Origin: the human T2T-CHM13v2.0 reference genome, Homo sapiens
Assembly: GCF_009914755.1 (NCBI RefSeq)
Contig: NC_060929.1
Length of the DNA stretch: 64,000 nucleotides
Strand: one strand, 5' to 3'
Part shown: positions 45,418 through 60,992 of the stretch, one piece after another
Layout: each line of letters begins with the position of its first letter
How positions within the stretch are numbered: the first letter of the stretch is position 1
Notes under the pieces: generated by a model
What the model was told of the DNA's origin: nothing
What the model saw: the letters and a program-made list of their open reading frames with translations, nothing else
Databases searched by the model: none
Program-made: the position numbers and the translations under genes

Positions 45418-46272
45418 CCACCCTTGGTTTTTTTCAACAAAAAATTACTAGAAATAAAAGAATAATAGTTGGTCAAGGAAGCTGTAGAATAAGAAAGACT
45501 GCCACATACATCAATGGCAGTGGGCGGGCTTTGTTTGAATCCAACTCTAGCATGCAAACATTTGATAAAAATTTCTTTATTTAAAAAGAAAAGTTTACAA
45601 AACAATCAGAAAAAATAAAAAAGATTGAGGATCTCAGGACAACTACTAGCCTAGATAATTTATAAAGATTAGATAACTGACTCATTTTTGTTAGTTTCTT
45701 TCCTAATAAGGCAATATGTATTAGATATATCAGAGTAGAAGGAAATATTTTTCTTACATCTATTTGGCTTTTTAAATATAAACATATATAAGTAAAAACC
45801 AAAATGATTTATAATCCCACCATTTATGTAACTATCTTATTTTCAAAAAAAATTATGCAAATACTAGCATTTGTGTGCTTTTTTTCCTTTTGTGTTTGTG
45901 TGTTTATATCCTTTTTAAATATATCCTTTTTATGTACCTAAGCAGCTGTATACTATACTGCATACTATAGTGTGAACTTTGTTCTTTTCCTTCATCTTTA
46001 CAACATATTGTGGAAAACGTTCCATATCAGAATATAGATATGCCTTTTTGTAGCCATTGAAATGCAAAGAAAAAAAGAATATAGATCTGTCTCATTTTTT
46101 AAAAATGCTGTATAATCTGTAGCACGAATTTACTATAATTTATTCGCATGCTCCCTTATCGATGGGCATGTAAATTGTGTTAATTTTATATGATATAATG
46201 AGTATCCTTATATGTATATCTTGGCACAGTTTTTCGAGTGTATCCATAAAGTTTCTTGCAATGAAATTATAG

Positions 46273-46694
<422 letters not shown>

Positions 46695-46866
46695 TTACCA
46701 ACAGTGGCTCTCATCAAGCCTTGGTGGAAATGCTCTCATACTGATACTTTAACGACTAAAAGTCATGACATATCTGCTTAGGTTGTAAATTGCCTCCCTC
46801 TAAACTTATACAGAGAGAATTTAGAGTGTTGTCTCAGCTTGGTTCCAGTGTTATCCAAGCCATTAA

Positions 46867-47232
<366 letters not shown>

Positions 47233-47730
47233 CACAATGGGGTATTGTTTTTATAGACTGTTGAAATCTGCCTTTGGAAACCATGGGTTTGCTGTGTTGT
47301 TATGGTGAATGAATTAGGTGCACAATACTAGTTTTTAAAAAATGAACTTCACACTAGGTACACCTTGAAAAATTATTCCAGAGCTATAAGAAGAGCTATA
47401 AGAAGAAAAATATGATGGGTCATTGCTCCAAAGAAAGGTTTTAAAATGTAAATTTGTACTTAATGAATAGGACAGTGTACCCTAACCTCCTCCTTGCTAT
47501 TCTTCAGGGATCTCTTCTAACAAGGGCTAATGCTTCACCTAAGCTGTGAAAAGCCTGCTGTGAGCACTCCCTGTTCAGGGTCAGAAAAACACAATGAACT
47601 GTTCTATCATTTTAGGTTCTAGGACAATGTTCTCTTGCTTTTCCTTGCTCAGAATGGACCCTTGCTGGGGTAGCATCAGAATGAGGATCTGGTGCAACAG
47701 TTCTGCAATAGGAAGTAGGTTCCCCTACTA

Positions 47731-47980
47731 TCATGGTTTTCAAGCTTTTTTGACTGCAGCCCATAACGAGAAATAATGTTTTTCATCATAACCCAGTAGA
47801 TATACTCACAGAGACACAGTATATTCATAAAAAAAATCATAACGTTTAACCTTATGTTAATAGCATTTATCCTATGTTATTCAATCTATTTTATTTCTTT
47901 TTAAAAAATGCTCATCACAGTTAACTAAACTGATTTCACAACTCCTTAAAGGAATTTGACTCACAATTTGAAAAACACTG
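47731..47980. mobile_element. hAT-Charlie-like MITE
   Basis: Degenerate terminal inverted repeats catggttttcaagc ... tttgaaaaacactg. Confidence 0.5.
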
Positions 47981-48269
47981 CATTGTAGAATATTTTAGAG
48001 TCTCTTCCCAACCCTCAGAGTCAGATTTATTTCAAGATGGCCCCTGTAAGACAGCTTCAAGCTTGTGAGTGACTTTCTTTTTTCTTTTTACTTCTTTACC
48101 ATTTACCATGACTCCCAAATAAGTGACTCTTTTGGCTTATTTGGTAACCATGCTAATTTCTACACATAGAACCTAGAGCATTTACATAAGACCCACCCAA
48201 AGCTTGTGTTTTAACCTTGCTTCTCTCCTTTCTTTCTTTGATTATGTTTTCTATTGCTATCTGTTCAAT

Positions 48270-48850
48270 CTGTGTTTCAGGCAGTGTACAGGTACTGAGG
48301 CAACAATGGTGAGTAAAAGCAAGCATGCATCCTGAGATATACTGGGAATGAAAGAAGCTAATCCAAAAGCATACAGGAAAATATTTTCAAACTTTGATAA
48401 ATTCTGTGTAAGCATATGGCATTGCACGTAACAGGGGAACCGCATTTAATATGGAGTGTTGGAAAAGGCTTCTGTGAGAAGTGACACTTGAGCTAAGACT
48501 AGAAAAGTGAAAAGAATATAACCAGGTACTGGACAGCATCATGAGTGCAGGCACAGGTGACATCGTATCACAAGCTTCTAAGGCTGAAGGGGGCGTGAAT
48601 TGCTAGCTGGAGAGTGGAAGGAAAAGATCTTCAAGATAAAGCTGGAAAAATAAACAGGGCCAGGCCTCATAGGTTTCTGTAGACCATGGAAAGAGGTGAA
48701 GGTTATTTTGAGCCTGGATGACATGATAAAACTCACATTGTAAAAATATAACTGCAAGGTAGAGAATGGATTGAAGAGGTCCAAGATTACGCAGACAGAG
48801 CTATGAACAGCCTATTGCAATGGTCTGGGTCAAGCATGATGGAGTAGGGT
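48270..48850 (-). mobile_element. L2 fragment
   Basis: ggaaaaggcttctgtgagaagtgacacttgagctaagac ... gcctattgcaatggtctgggt, typical of L2. Confidence 0.65.
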
Positions 48851-51670
48851 TGGAATAGGGTGGTGAACTTTTATTAGTTATCTTCCTTACTGAGCACACT
48901 TTGCAATGAATTTCAAATGCACTGGGACCAGACTTGTTAATTTTGGAGCTGTCGACTAACAAATAAGTAAGCCATGATAACCCACCAAAGAAAGTTGCAG
49001 AAATGCAAGAGCAAGGCTGTGATGAATGGTTGAGGTACAAGGAAGCTCTTACTCACTCATTTTAAAAAATCAGATGATATGAAGTTGAATATTCAAGATA
49101 TTGCCCAATTGTGTTATGTTCACATATTTTACTGGGCATAGTTCTGGATAATAAAATATTTATCTTCTCTCCCTCTGAGAATTAAAAATCTGAGATGGAG
49201 GCCTCTGATGTGCCAAAGGAGAAAGATGATTTTTAAGAGCCAAACGTGCCTCCATGATTAAATACATTTATATTTCTACTGGCCAAGGAAAGCATGTTGC
49301 CTCTTGCCTGGGCCTCTTCTGTCTTTGATTAATAATCCCCTGCACATTCGAACACTGTTATTAACTTGCCACATTGGCACCTTTATCACTTTGTTCTTTG
49401 AATAAAAAGAGCTTAACCCAAGTCCCAGTAAAAATGTTCATTCAGGCTGAATTTAAGAAATATATTCTGCTCCCTTGGAGTTAAATGGAATAATAGGAGA
49501 AGAGTCCACTTGACTGTTACCAGGTTTCTGAACTACACCTGGCAGCCTAACATAGTCAACAGCAGGGAGTGAATCACATCTGCTCTGTATGCTAACCCGG
49601 TCTGAGTAGGTGGTTTGCATTGGCATCTAATTATTTTTATGGTTAGTACTCTCTTCTCCTGACTTTTGGTACCAAACCCTCACACACCTCATTATCCCTA
49701 TTGCATCTGCCACTCATCCTAAAAGGCCTTGCTTACATCCCACAATCAATCATTCTTTCTCTTACCTTAGCGGAGAACAGCCTGAGGTGCAGCAGGTCCC
49801 AGATATGATTACAGTTTCACCAGTTCAATATTGTTTACTGAATGGCCTGTAAAACACAGTGAATATAATTTGTGTTGCTGCAGTTGGAAGGCTTACATAC
49901 CACATTGCCTAGAACCAAAGACCTTTCCTCATGCCCAATACACCAATGGCAGAGATGACCAGCCAGTCACTGCATCGAGATGAAGAATAGTATCTCCCAA
50001 AAGGCAATACCAAGCATATGTTTCTCAGGCTTTTACAAAACACTTTTTAAGTTTCTGTCTAAACTCCTCTAAGAGCTAAATTTTTCCAAGACGTATTCTG
50101 TGTAAATCAGTCTTCAGTGATAAACAAAATTTTATTTATTGAACTATCAGGTGCTATTAATGCTAATTAGAATGTTACCACCTCAGATTAATGCTTCGTT
50201 GAATTTCTTTTTTTTCTGGTGTTTGTAAGTATTCCTTTTCTCCTTCAGCACAATGATAATTATAAAGAAGAAAATGTACTAAGTGCATTTCTCCCATCAT
50301 TTGATATTTTACATTTATTTCCTCAGCAAATAATTTGTCACAAGGAAGTAATGTGCATCCCTGGGCACTGCTTGCAGGCACTTAATTCTTGATTCAAATG
50401 AAACTTTAAAATGTTTTATCCATGATGTTATGTCTAAAGAAACATGTCAAAGAAACATGTCAGAGAACTTGACTTTGAATAGAAATCATGGCTGTGCTTT
50501 GAGGGAAACAAAATAAATCACAGAGGTAGGAATGCATAGTTACAAGCTACTGTTTGTACACAGCAGAGACCAATTCTACTCTCTGTTCTCATTTCCTCTT
50601 CTAATTCCTCATCCCTACACTCCTTCCTGTGTGAAGCCCATGTCTGATCCTGCCTAATTCAGTGACTGGGGGTCACTGCAGATGCGTGCACAGGGTCCTG
50701 TTATGGGATCCGGATTCTGCCGCCTTCTCCAGACACAAGTTTCCCCTCATACCTGTTGTTCCAGCAAATCCAAGCTATTCTCCTTTCCCCACTTGCACTA
50801 GGTTCTTTCCCTAGTCTGTGCTTGCATGCATCCTATTTTTCTCTGGTATTTTTCAAATTTTACTTTGGCACCTGGAGAACGTTTTGGCACCACCATTTGT
50901 CAGGTGTTTAACTTTGTGCATTTCCTCGTGTGAATGGGAGCGTAGGTCCAGCATCGTGAGGAAGGACTGGGGTCACACTCACAGAGTGTGTCAGAGCCCA
51001 CAAAGTCACTCAGTAGAAACATCAGGAGATGTTAGCGTTATTTTTCAGTTATTACTATGATCACCATTCCTCAAAATTGAGCTCTGGTTTTACCTCTCCT
51101 GAGAAGCTTTCCTTTACTTCCCCATCCCAAAGACAGAGTGAATTACTTCCTTGTACTGTGTGCTTAGTTCTTCATTGCCCTTCTTATGTGTTTTCCTTAT
51201 CATTAATGTGGGACATGATCTGTTATAATGTTGCTGGGCAATGATGTTGTTAGTATAGAAAAATGGGCATGAGGATAGTTCAAGGAGTTCCCATAACTCA
51301 TATTTTATGGGCCTTCTGCAATATATGGTTAGGATACAACCATTAGCAATAAATGGATAACTTGGGTTCTCTTCATTTTCTGTGTTTTATTGCTACATGA
51401 ATAAACAGTTATTGAGTGCTTACTGTATGTCAAGCATGACAATAAGTATTATAATTACCCTGTTTATTCATCAGTATGATCAAATGTGGTTATTATTCCC
51501 ATGTGACCCATGAGGAAACTAAAGGCCTAAGGTGATAGAGCTAGTGATAGACCACCTACTCCCAAAGTCTGAGCTCTTAGCTCAAGAACACTCTGCTCTG
51601 ATCTGTAGGGTCTCATTTGTCTCTGAGACTCTTTAATGTGTAAATATATTTGATAAGTTTTCTCTTCTAA

Positions 51671-51979
<309 letters not shown>

Positions 51980-52659
51980 TGAGGTAGGTTGATTGTCTTC
52001 ATTTTGCAGATTTTGTAAAAGACTGAACACATAGAGCTTAATTTGCCAAAGGTCACAGTAAACAACAAGATCACAATCAATGAATTTTGGTACTATTTTA
52101 TAACTAAGCTTAGACAAAAAGGAGAAAAGGTGACATATAGAAACCTAATAAATATTAAGTAAATAATTAAATGGAGGTAGCACATGGAGGGAAAGAAATA
52201 GAATGAAAAGAAAGAAAGTTCTTTGGGAAAAAAGCTTGAGTCTTTCTAATATTTGCTGTCCTGCAGTCTATATTAAATTAATCCCTAATGTATGTACTGC
52301 AAATGGAGGTAGAAAAAGCAATAGCAATGTCTTCTGCATTTAGAGCATTAGTAGTAAATAAAGACATACAAATAACATAAGAAACCATAAAGCTATAGAG
52401 ATAATACAGAGAAAAGGATAATACTTTATAGTAAAGAAATTTGTAGTTTCAATGATGATTTTATATATAGTATCTCATTTGATCTCTGAAATAACCTGAG
52501 ATAAATGATCAGAGCAGATATAATTAGACTAGAATTACATATGAAAAAATCATGGCTTGTATACATTAAATTATCACCCAGTTTACTTATATGAATTGTA
52601 AACATATCAAACATCAAAACATCTACTAATCAACATCAAAACAACTAGTGTTTACTGGT

Positions 52660-52870
52660 TGATGACTTACTATGTGCCAGGCACTCCTAGGTACTTTATG
52701 TACATTAGTTTATTAAATCCTCAAAACTCAGCAAAGATTCCACATTTCATTATAATATTCCCATTACACAGATAAAGAAACTGTCTCAAAGGTTTGCCAA
52801 GGACAAACAGCTAACAAATAGCGTAGCCAGGATTTAAACCTAGATCTCTCTGACCTCAAAGTCAGAATTC
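52660..52870 (-). mobile_element. MIR
   Basis: cttactatgtgccaggcact ... cccattacacagataaagaaactg ... ttgccaaggacaaacagcta ... ggatttaaacctag. Confidence 0.75.
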
Positions 52871-53097
52871 TATGATACCAATTCACATTACTTACACATA
52901 TGAAATATATGCATTAATTGATTATACATCATTAAATGAAAAATCAGTACATGTGACTCTGCTGCTGTCATCTCTAATCCTTGAAGAATTTGCTGAGATT
53001 TTAAGTACAATTATGTCTCAATTAGTAAAAAGTTGGCTAGATAAAATATTTGACCACCACCAGTTGACATTGACCTGTAATTTATTTTTTAAACCTT

Positions 53098-53236
53098 TAT
53101 ATATATATATATATATTAGAGAGATGGGGTTTCACCATGTTGCCCAGTCTGGTCTCCAACTTTTGGCCTCAAGTTGTCCTCCTGCCTCAGCCTCCCAAAA
53201 TTCTGGGATTACAGGAGTGAGCCACTGTACTCAGCC
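53098..53236 (-). mobile_element. Alu monomer (FLAM-like) with a (TA)n tail
   Basis: gagatggggtttcaccatgttgcccag ... gtgagccactgtactcagcc. Confidence 0.85.
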
Positions 53237-54659
53237 TATAATTTATCTTGATGAGTACAGAGCCTATAGATGAAGGTGAAGCATCAGAATTTATAGATTC
53301 TCTGTGCAGGTACCACAGGCCAGTTCTTTTATTTATTTTTATTTTTTTGGGCCTTGGCCCTCTACATTTAGTTTTTATTTAATGTTCCTTCTTTGGAAGG
53401 GCCTGCTTGTATTGGAAGTGTGCTCTTCAGGCACCAGATAAATGAAAGCAGACCAGTTAATTACGTAGGATCTCAGAAGTGAATTTGCACACCTGGTGTT
53501 TTTTTCAATAACTAGAAATCCTGTTCTCAAGCACTCATCTTCCCATACTGGTTTTCTGGTCCCTCATAGCTCTTTCTGAAGAGAGACTGTTCATACTTGT
53601 TAGTCTATGGAGTCCCTCTCAAAACTTTCCTGCTCGTTCATTCTCCCAAAAATTGCCAACCACAGCCTATCTTGGTTGTGACATCACAGATATCAGAAAG
53701 AAGGCAGTGACCTTGAGAAACCAGCATGGCCTCAGAGCCTTTTCACTCTCTCTCCTTTTCCTGTTTGAAATTGGGTTCTGTCCCTTCTTTCTTTAGGCTT
53801 CATGTTCTTGGTCATCAAAAGACCAATTCTCTGAGCATTTTCTCCATGTACTTAGAACTGTGTTCCAAGAGGAATTCAGGAGGGAAAAACAACAACAAAA
53901 ATATTGATACAATTTTTCCCCAAGGAGCTTACTAACACCCAATACTGTTTTTCTGTTCTTTCCCTCTCTTTTTTTCTCACCGTTATCATCATTTTGCCAC
54001 TTAAATCATAAACCAAGGATTAACTTTCTGGTTTTTTGCCCTTCAATCACATCCACAGTTATTACTTAGTGCCCGTTCTCAGAAGGGCCTTTTTGTACTG
54101 AAATGTCTCCTCACCATGGTAAAGGTATGGAAGGCAAACAGGATGACATTTTGAGTGCAGTGTTAAATTGAGGTGACATCCTTCTGGTGTCAAAAACTAT
54201 TCAGGTGCATTTCTGTAACCTCTATGCACCTCTCCCCCCACCTCCCAGGTGTTATATTTTACAGGCTGTCATACCCTTTTGTACCTCTCCTGAGGAGTTG
54301 TGACATTTGGTGTATAATTAATTCATTTGTCTCCTTTATAAAATTGTGAACTCTGCATGTTTTGCTTTTCATTGTATAACCAGTATGTGAAAAAAATATG
54401 AGCCACATGAATGAATGATTGACCAGAAGTTCAGGCTTACAAGTAGGAAATATTCAAATATAGGACATTAAATCCAAAGGCCTCAGACCTACTTGTACCT
54501 TGGTCTTTACATTAATCATGTTATTTATCATCCAAACCAGGATACTCTGAGAGCTAAAGAGGATGCTATTAATATTAATAGCACTGGGAAGAGTCAAAAG
54601 CCATAAATAATCTAGGCAATTCAGGACCTATGTCAACATCATTAAGGCTTTTCAAGGCA

Positions 54660-54801
54660 GTGTTTTTTGGTTTTTTATTTTTTGTAGAGACAGGGTCTCC
54701 CTATGTTGCCTAGGCTGGCCTTGAACTCCTGGGCTCAAGCAATCCTCCTGCCTCAGCCTCCCAAAACTCTGGGATTACAGGTGTGAGTCACCATGCCCAG
54801 C
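54660..54801 (-). mobile_element. Alu monomer (FLAM-C-like)
   Basis: gtagagacagggtctccctatgttgcctaggctgg ... gtgagtcaccatgcccagc. Confidence 0.88.
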
Positions 54802-55709
54802 TTCAAATAGACATTTTAATTCTGACAGTGTTCTGATAACCAGGATTTTCTGCTCTCAGAATACCAGATATCAATTTGAAATGGTGTCAAATAGCTTTTT
54901 AAAAAGTGTACATGGTAAAAGAAGCAGTGATCCCTTTGTTTAAGGAATTTAAATGATAATAACTTTGTCAATCTGAGACTAAGAACTCCTGGGCCAGAGA
55001 GTGCAAAAAGCAATACAGAAGAGATACAGGCTTCTGAATACTGTAATTCTTTTTTAAACCTCCTTCTTCAAAAGAATCAGCCCGATTCATGTTGTACTTG
55101 AATTCAAGATAACAAAACACCTTTTAGTTACTTAGAAAGATTAGATTGTAAAATATGTGCTGAGTTCCTAGAAATTAAAAGTGAGAATGAAAAAAAGAAT
55201 CAATGAAAGTACAGTAGATCTCCCGGACAAGGAGAGACCATCTGCATAAAACTGAAGATATAAAATATGTGACTTCCTACTTTTAGATTAAAATCTACAT
55301 TTTGCCTTTGGACATGGTAGAAGATTCAAAATTACCCGTAAACAGTCAGCACTACGTGGAAGTAGGAGCAGCAGTAGGCTGCTGTTTGCTTAGGGTTTCC
55401 TGGGTACCAGGCTGCCTGCTAAGCACTTGTGAGTTATTTCACTCAGTCTTCCCATAGCTCCAGGAGGTTTATGGCACTTTGTCCCCATTTCACCTTCGAT
55501 GAAACTCTGGTTCTGAAAAATTACTTGCCCAAGTTTGCATGGCTATTAAGTAGGGAAAGCATCATGTTTAGGAAATGCAGAGCTCTTCACCACTCTCCAG
55601 CCTGCAGATGCTCAGCATGGCTGCAGCTCTGAGGGGAGCACGGGACACCTATGCATGGCCACCTGCCTCAGGCACCCACAGACGAAAGTGGTACATGTGG
55701 AACGGACAG

Positions 55710-55907
55710 ACAGAGAACAGCCTAAAATTGGAAGCTAAATTGTGTGAGAAAGACAAGTACTTCAGAGAAGATAGTGTGGAGTCGCAAAATAAGTTTCATG
55801 AGAGCTCATACAGAAAACAGCCTAAAACTAGAAGCTAAATTGTGTAAGAAAGACAAGTACTTCAGAGAAGTTGGTTGGGAGTAAGAAAGCAAGTCTCATG
55901 AGAGCTC
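55710..55907. repeat. Two-copy tandem duplication with a 100-bp period
   Basis: 55710-55807 aligns without gaps to 55810-55907, with 14 mismatches in 98 by manual count. Confidence 0.93.
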
Positions 55908-57805
55908 TGAGGGTGTAAATGGGACTTTTAACAGCCAAAGCACACAGCAAGTCTAGCCTAGCAAGAGGAGCTCAATGGATGGAAGTCCTCACTTGTTTCC
56001 CTGTGTTAACATAGAAGGGGGTCTTTTTAAAATTTTGTTTTCACTTCAGCTTTTCTGCCAGAAATGTCTAGTGTAGTGATGTTTTAAAAAAAACCATAAG
56101 ATCTGTTTCCGCCACAAATCCCCATTAAGACATAAATGGAGTTTTATTTTGTGGATGTTTAAAAATCCATGGACTTGAACTTTTGGTAGTTTCCCAAATA
56201 TGTAGAATATTCAGCTAGTTTTCTTCAATTTCAGAATCTTTCTTTTCTATCATTGTTAAAGACACAGGGTTGCATAATAACCATTAAGTTTGAATTGTGC
56301 AATTAGACAACTTTCTTATTAGTCAAGAAGTCAAACTTTTTGTGTGAGTACAGCTTGAAAATCAGCTTTAGTTTCCAAAGAATGGCCAGTTTGAAGTATA
56401 ATATTCTCTTTTGCTTACTTGAAATCTGCAAATAAATGCTTTAAATTAGGGACAAAGTGATTATTTGCTTTTATTTAAAAAATAAGGGAAACAAAACTCA
56501 TTACAATCTCTTCTACAGGGTTAGTACTATTCTATTTGTTGATTGCCTCAGCCTCTCCAATGAACAATCTGGTGGAAAGTAATTATTTAATATTATAATC
56601 CAAAGACAAATTTCTGTTTACTCCCTTGTCAGATCTTAAAGTAGACTCAATTATGAATTTAAGCTAATGAGATGGATTGTATGGGACAATTAAATAGTAA
56701 GTCATTTTGGGTCAAAATACCATTTGAGAGGATGGTTGATTGTTTTTTCCCTCTGAGAATTACCCCCCACTGTAACGAGGTTATAACTCACTGTTTGCTA
56801 AATTTTTATAGGAATGAGATAAAAAATCTGATTAGAGTAATTTGTGCAAGTAATTACAGTACAACAGAGAGAGTTGCAAAAATTTCATTTCCCATTGAGT
56901 ACCGAAATGTTGAAGAGAAATAAAAGAAGATTTATGGCTGTGTAGAAAAACACAGGATGGTATTTTTATTTATCACCTTTGCCTTCTTTGCTGTTCTCAT
57001 TGGAACCAATAACTGATTCCAGATTCATCTTAGGGACTGTATAAGATGCAGATAGAAATTATTTCTCACACATGACCTCTTGGGCTGGAGTAGCTGCTTA
57101 TGAGATGTTCCTATCATTCTTCTAGAAATCAGTACCTTGACAGTGAAGAAAAAAATCTTAGGAATAATGCTTCTAGTCCAAATATTTATTCAAAAATTAT
57201 TTACTGGGTACCTATTTGCCAGTGTTCTGAATGCCAGGCTCCCATGGGGAAGAAGACAATCCCCCTGTCATAAGAAGTTGTTAATATTATAGTGTGAAAA
57301 ATAGTCAAGTAAACACTTCAACATTAATATCAAAAGGCTTTTAAATGTTGTGGCATGTGCCATAAAGAATGAAAGCTGTTATGTGCATATCCTGAGCGAT
57401 GCATGTGTGCCTGCATGCACGTGCACGCACGCACACACACACACAATATGCTTAGTTGCGTCTTCCCAATGCTCATGGTTATACCTCTAATTGTAGCCTC
57501 TGGACCATGATATTCTATATAAAAAGCTGTCTCCCCTCTCCAATCTTAAGCCCTCATAAGTGGATACTACACCTCACTTATGTTTTAATCTCCAGCAACT
57601 TGCACTGGATCTAAACTAGAGTGCTTGCTGGATAATTCAATGACTGAACAAATGAATGAGGACAGTATGTATATGTAACCATTGGGTGAGTGCAGAAGGT
57701 AAAAGTTGCTGTGGAGGATGTCGTCTTCAGCAAATTCTCAAATTTATTCCACACATTCCTCTGTGCATCCACAACATGTGGGGTTCTGGTCTGCCTTTCC
57801 ACTAT

Positions 57806-58320
57806 GCTGGATTAGTTTTGTATGCTGTGTAACAAATTCCTACAGTCCCAGTGACCAGAAAGAACATACCTTTATCAGCTCGCAGTTTCTTTGGGACAGG
57901 TGTCTGGGCACAGTCTAGTTGAGTTCTCGGCACAGCTGCCATTAAGATGTCAGCCAGAACTGGGTTCTCTTCTGGAGGCTGAACTGGGCAAGAATCCACT
58001 TCCAAGCTCAGTCAGAATGTTGGCAGGAGGTATTTCCTTGTGGCTGTAGGACCCATGGTGGCTACTTTCTTTAAATTTAACAAGGAGAAGAATACCGTAG
58101 AGTAAGTTGGCTAGAAAGAAAACAGAGTACACATACTTGAATGATGATATATAACATTGTAACATAACTCAGTCACAGAAGTAAGACCATCACATCTGCC
58201 ATGTAATGTCGGTTAGAAACAAACCATGGAACCAGCCCATGCTGAGGGGCTGGAAATTATGCAAGGGTGTGAACACCAAAAGCTGGGAATCCTGGGGGTC
58301 ACCGTACACAGTCTGTTCAC
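57806..58320 (-). mobile_element. MaLR LTR (MLT1-family)
   Basis: attagttttgtatgctgtgtaacaaatt ... ggcaagaatccacttccaagctcagtcag ... gcaagggtgtgaacacca. Confidence 0.75.
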
Positions 58321-59344
58321 ATTTCCTCTAAAGAAGTTGCACTGCATCACAGTTCCATACCAATTTCTGCTATGACCTTAAATATAGCCCTGAACTTCCC
58401 TGTCAAGGAAGAAGTGAGGAGGTTTCAACAAGTGATCAGTAATGATTCTTTTATGTCTAAGATTCTAGGATGATTTCCTCTCTGCCCTGGTAGGCTGCTC
58501 TTCAAAGTATGACCTCCTCATTGTTTCTCTGCTCTACCACACACTCATTCCCCTCCAAGAAGGCTGCCCACCTGTAATGACCTGTCTACAGAGCCTGTGA
58601 TAGTGACTTGTGATAAATGGCTATTAGCACATTTACCAATCAAGGTCCTGTTTGCAATTCGGTTGTGGGTCAAAATTATGTTTGTTTTAACTGAGGTCTT
58701 TAGTTTATTTCAGGCAGAGATCTGGGCTGGAGTGTCACCTTTGTGTCTAATTCTCACACACTGTACTATCTTAGCAGTCACATTTTATTTTCTTGAGATG
58801 ATAATTTATAGGAAAAAATAAGACATTTCTGCAGCTAATCATTTTAGTCAATGATCATTGAGTGACAGGTGAGCTCCTAATAAATAAATTTGCCAACACA
58901 GTGACACCTCAGGTTTCTGAAGCCTGTGGGAATGAGTCATCTGGAAAGATGTTTTTCTAATTCCTGGAAGTATTTCAGAGATTTTTAACTATTTAATTTA
59001 TACTACAAAGCACCTATGTCACTTTTTTAATGACTTAATAGGAGCTATCACTTATTGTTTACACCAAGAACTGCGTACTGTGCTAATTGGCAGGTTCCAC
59101 ACACCACCTAACTTGATAATCAACAATTCTCTGAGGGGATTAAGCAACTTGCCAATATACAGTCAGTATATGGGGACCAGATTCAAATGTAGAATTACCT
59201 TCTTCAAAGGCCCTGTTCTAGGTATAGACGCTCTTACTTTCACTCTTATAATAATAAGATATCCTCAAGGTCAGATGAGCTGTTCAGTGCTGTTTACCAA
59301 ATAGCATAAAACTTCAGTTTAGATACATATTTTAGTGGGTAGGT

Positions 59345-59830
59345 ACTATATGTTAATTTGTGCTCCCTCAGAAAGATTTGTTGAAGTCCTAACCTCCAGT
59401 GCCTCAGACTGTCATCTTTTTTGGAAAGAGGGTTTTTACCCAGATAATCAAGTTAGAATGAGGCCATTAGTGTAGGCCCTAATCCAGTATGACTGGTGTC
59501 CTTATGAAAAGAGGAACTTTGGACACAGAGGAACATACAAAGAGTGAAGATGATGTGGATGTAGAGAGACACAGGGAGGATGACAGGTGAAGATGGGGGA
59601 TTGATGTGATGGGTCCACCAGCCAAGGAATGCCAGAGATTGCCAGCAAACCCACAGAAGCTGGAAGAGGCCTGGGAGGAGTCTCCCTGAGAAGTTTCAGA
59701 GGGAGCATGGGCCCTGCTGGCATCTTGATTTTGGACTTTCTACCTTCAGAACTGTGAGAAAATTAATTTCTGTGTTCTTCAAGCCACTGTTTGTGGTACT
59801 TTGTGACAGCAGCTCTAACAAATGAATGTA
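59345..59830 (+). mobile_element. MaLR LTR (MLT1B/C-like)
   Basis: gttgaagtcctaacctccagt ... ggccctaatccagtatgactggtgtcctt ... cagaactgtgagaaaattaatttctg. Confidence 0.85.
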
Positions 59831-60992
59831 GTAAATATGTTTCTATTGTTTTCTTTGCTGCTAATTTTTTAATCTTTGCTTCTCTAGTAGGTGCTACTCA
59901 GAGCACCTTCTGTCCTCACTCCTAACATGCTGCTTACAATACATTATGGGATAGAAGACCAAGTGACAAAACTTGTTTGTATTGTTTGTAAAATTAAACT
60001 AAACCAAGAGAATATTCAGTAAGTCAAGTCCATTGGCTTTAGTATAGGGTAACCTATTTTAATGTTGCCAGAGACTGTCTTTGCTTACTTTTGTATTTCA
60101 GGTTTGGGAAGATATTTTCAGTATCTGTAGGCTTTTTTTTTTTTTATACCACTTCTCCTGTCCAAGGTGTGTTGTTTTGCTTTTATATATCTATTAGGAA
60201 AGTTAAATCTTTTCCATTTTACCAAAGCTACATGTCCAGTATGAGAACATTTAAAGTCTAAAAATTATCTGATTACTTATATTGTATGTGTTCTGCTTGA
60301 TGCTGGCTTTCTTTCAGTGTATTGATAAAAGTTTCTATTTGTTGCAGTGGAATAATAGACTTTGGTTTTAGGCTATCATCTGTGGAGTGCTTAAGAAAAT
60401 GCCCTTTCTTTTTGTTTTGGTAAATCTTCTTTTCAGTAGACCACAAGCCCTTGCAAATGTTCTCTTTTTCTAACTCTGGTAGCAGAAGGACCACTTGAGC
60501 CTCAAAACAAAACGGCAGTGCAGTAATGAGGGTATTAGGTTGATGTGTTCTATTCAGCACCTGCTCCCGAGCTACCGAATAATGAATGAGCATGAATTAC
60601 ACATTGTGAAAACAGGAGAATCTGCCTTCTTTGTGTTGTATGCATCAAGCAGTTTCAAAAGGGCTTTGCAATTGTGTTTCTCACACAAAGCCACCCATTT
60701 GTGAAAACCCATGTGAAAAGGCAAAGAGAACTGTCTGTGTACAGGTTAACATTTAACTAGACTGGCAGAGCTTTTAATAATTTCTATAAGGTTAATGGCT
60801 TCGTTAATATGCAACCTGTGATTTGGTCCAAGTTAAATTTTACTTTGCCCAGAATACATTATAATATAAAGCTTAAGCTTTATTCTTTCAGGTTTAGTCA
60901 TTTAACACATAATATTGATCAATTATGCATGTTGGACACAGAGCTCTGAATAGAGCTTTGAAATATAAAACTATGGTTTTAGTCCTCTTAGA

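Noticed and set aside
47380-47406. Small tandem duplications (gagctataagaa x2; also gtaaaatgaccag x2 at ~20104)
   Set aside because: These are ordinary slippage microduplications with no sign of function.
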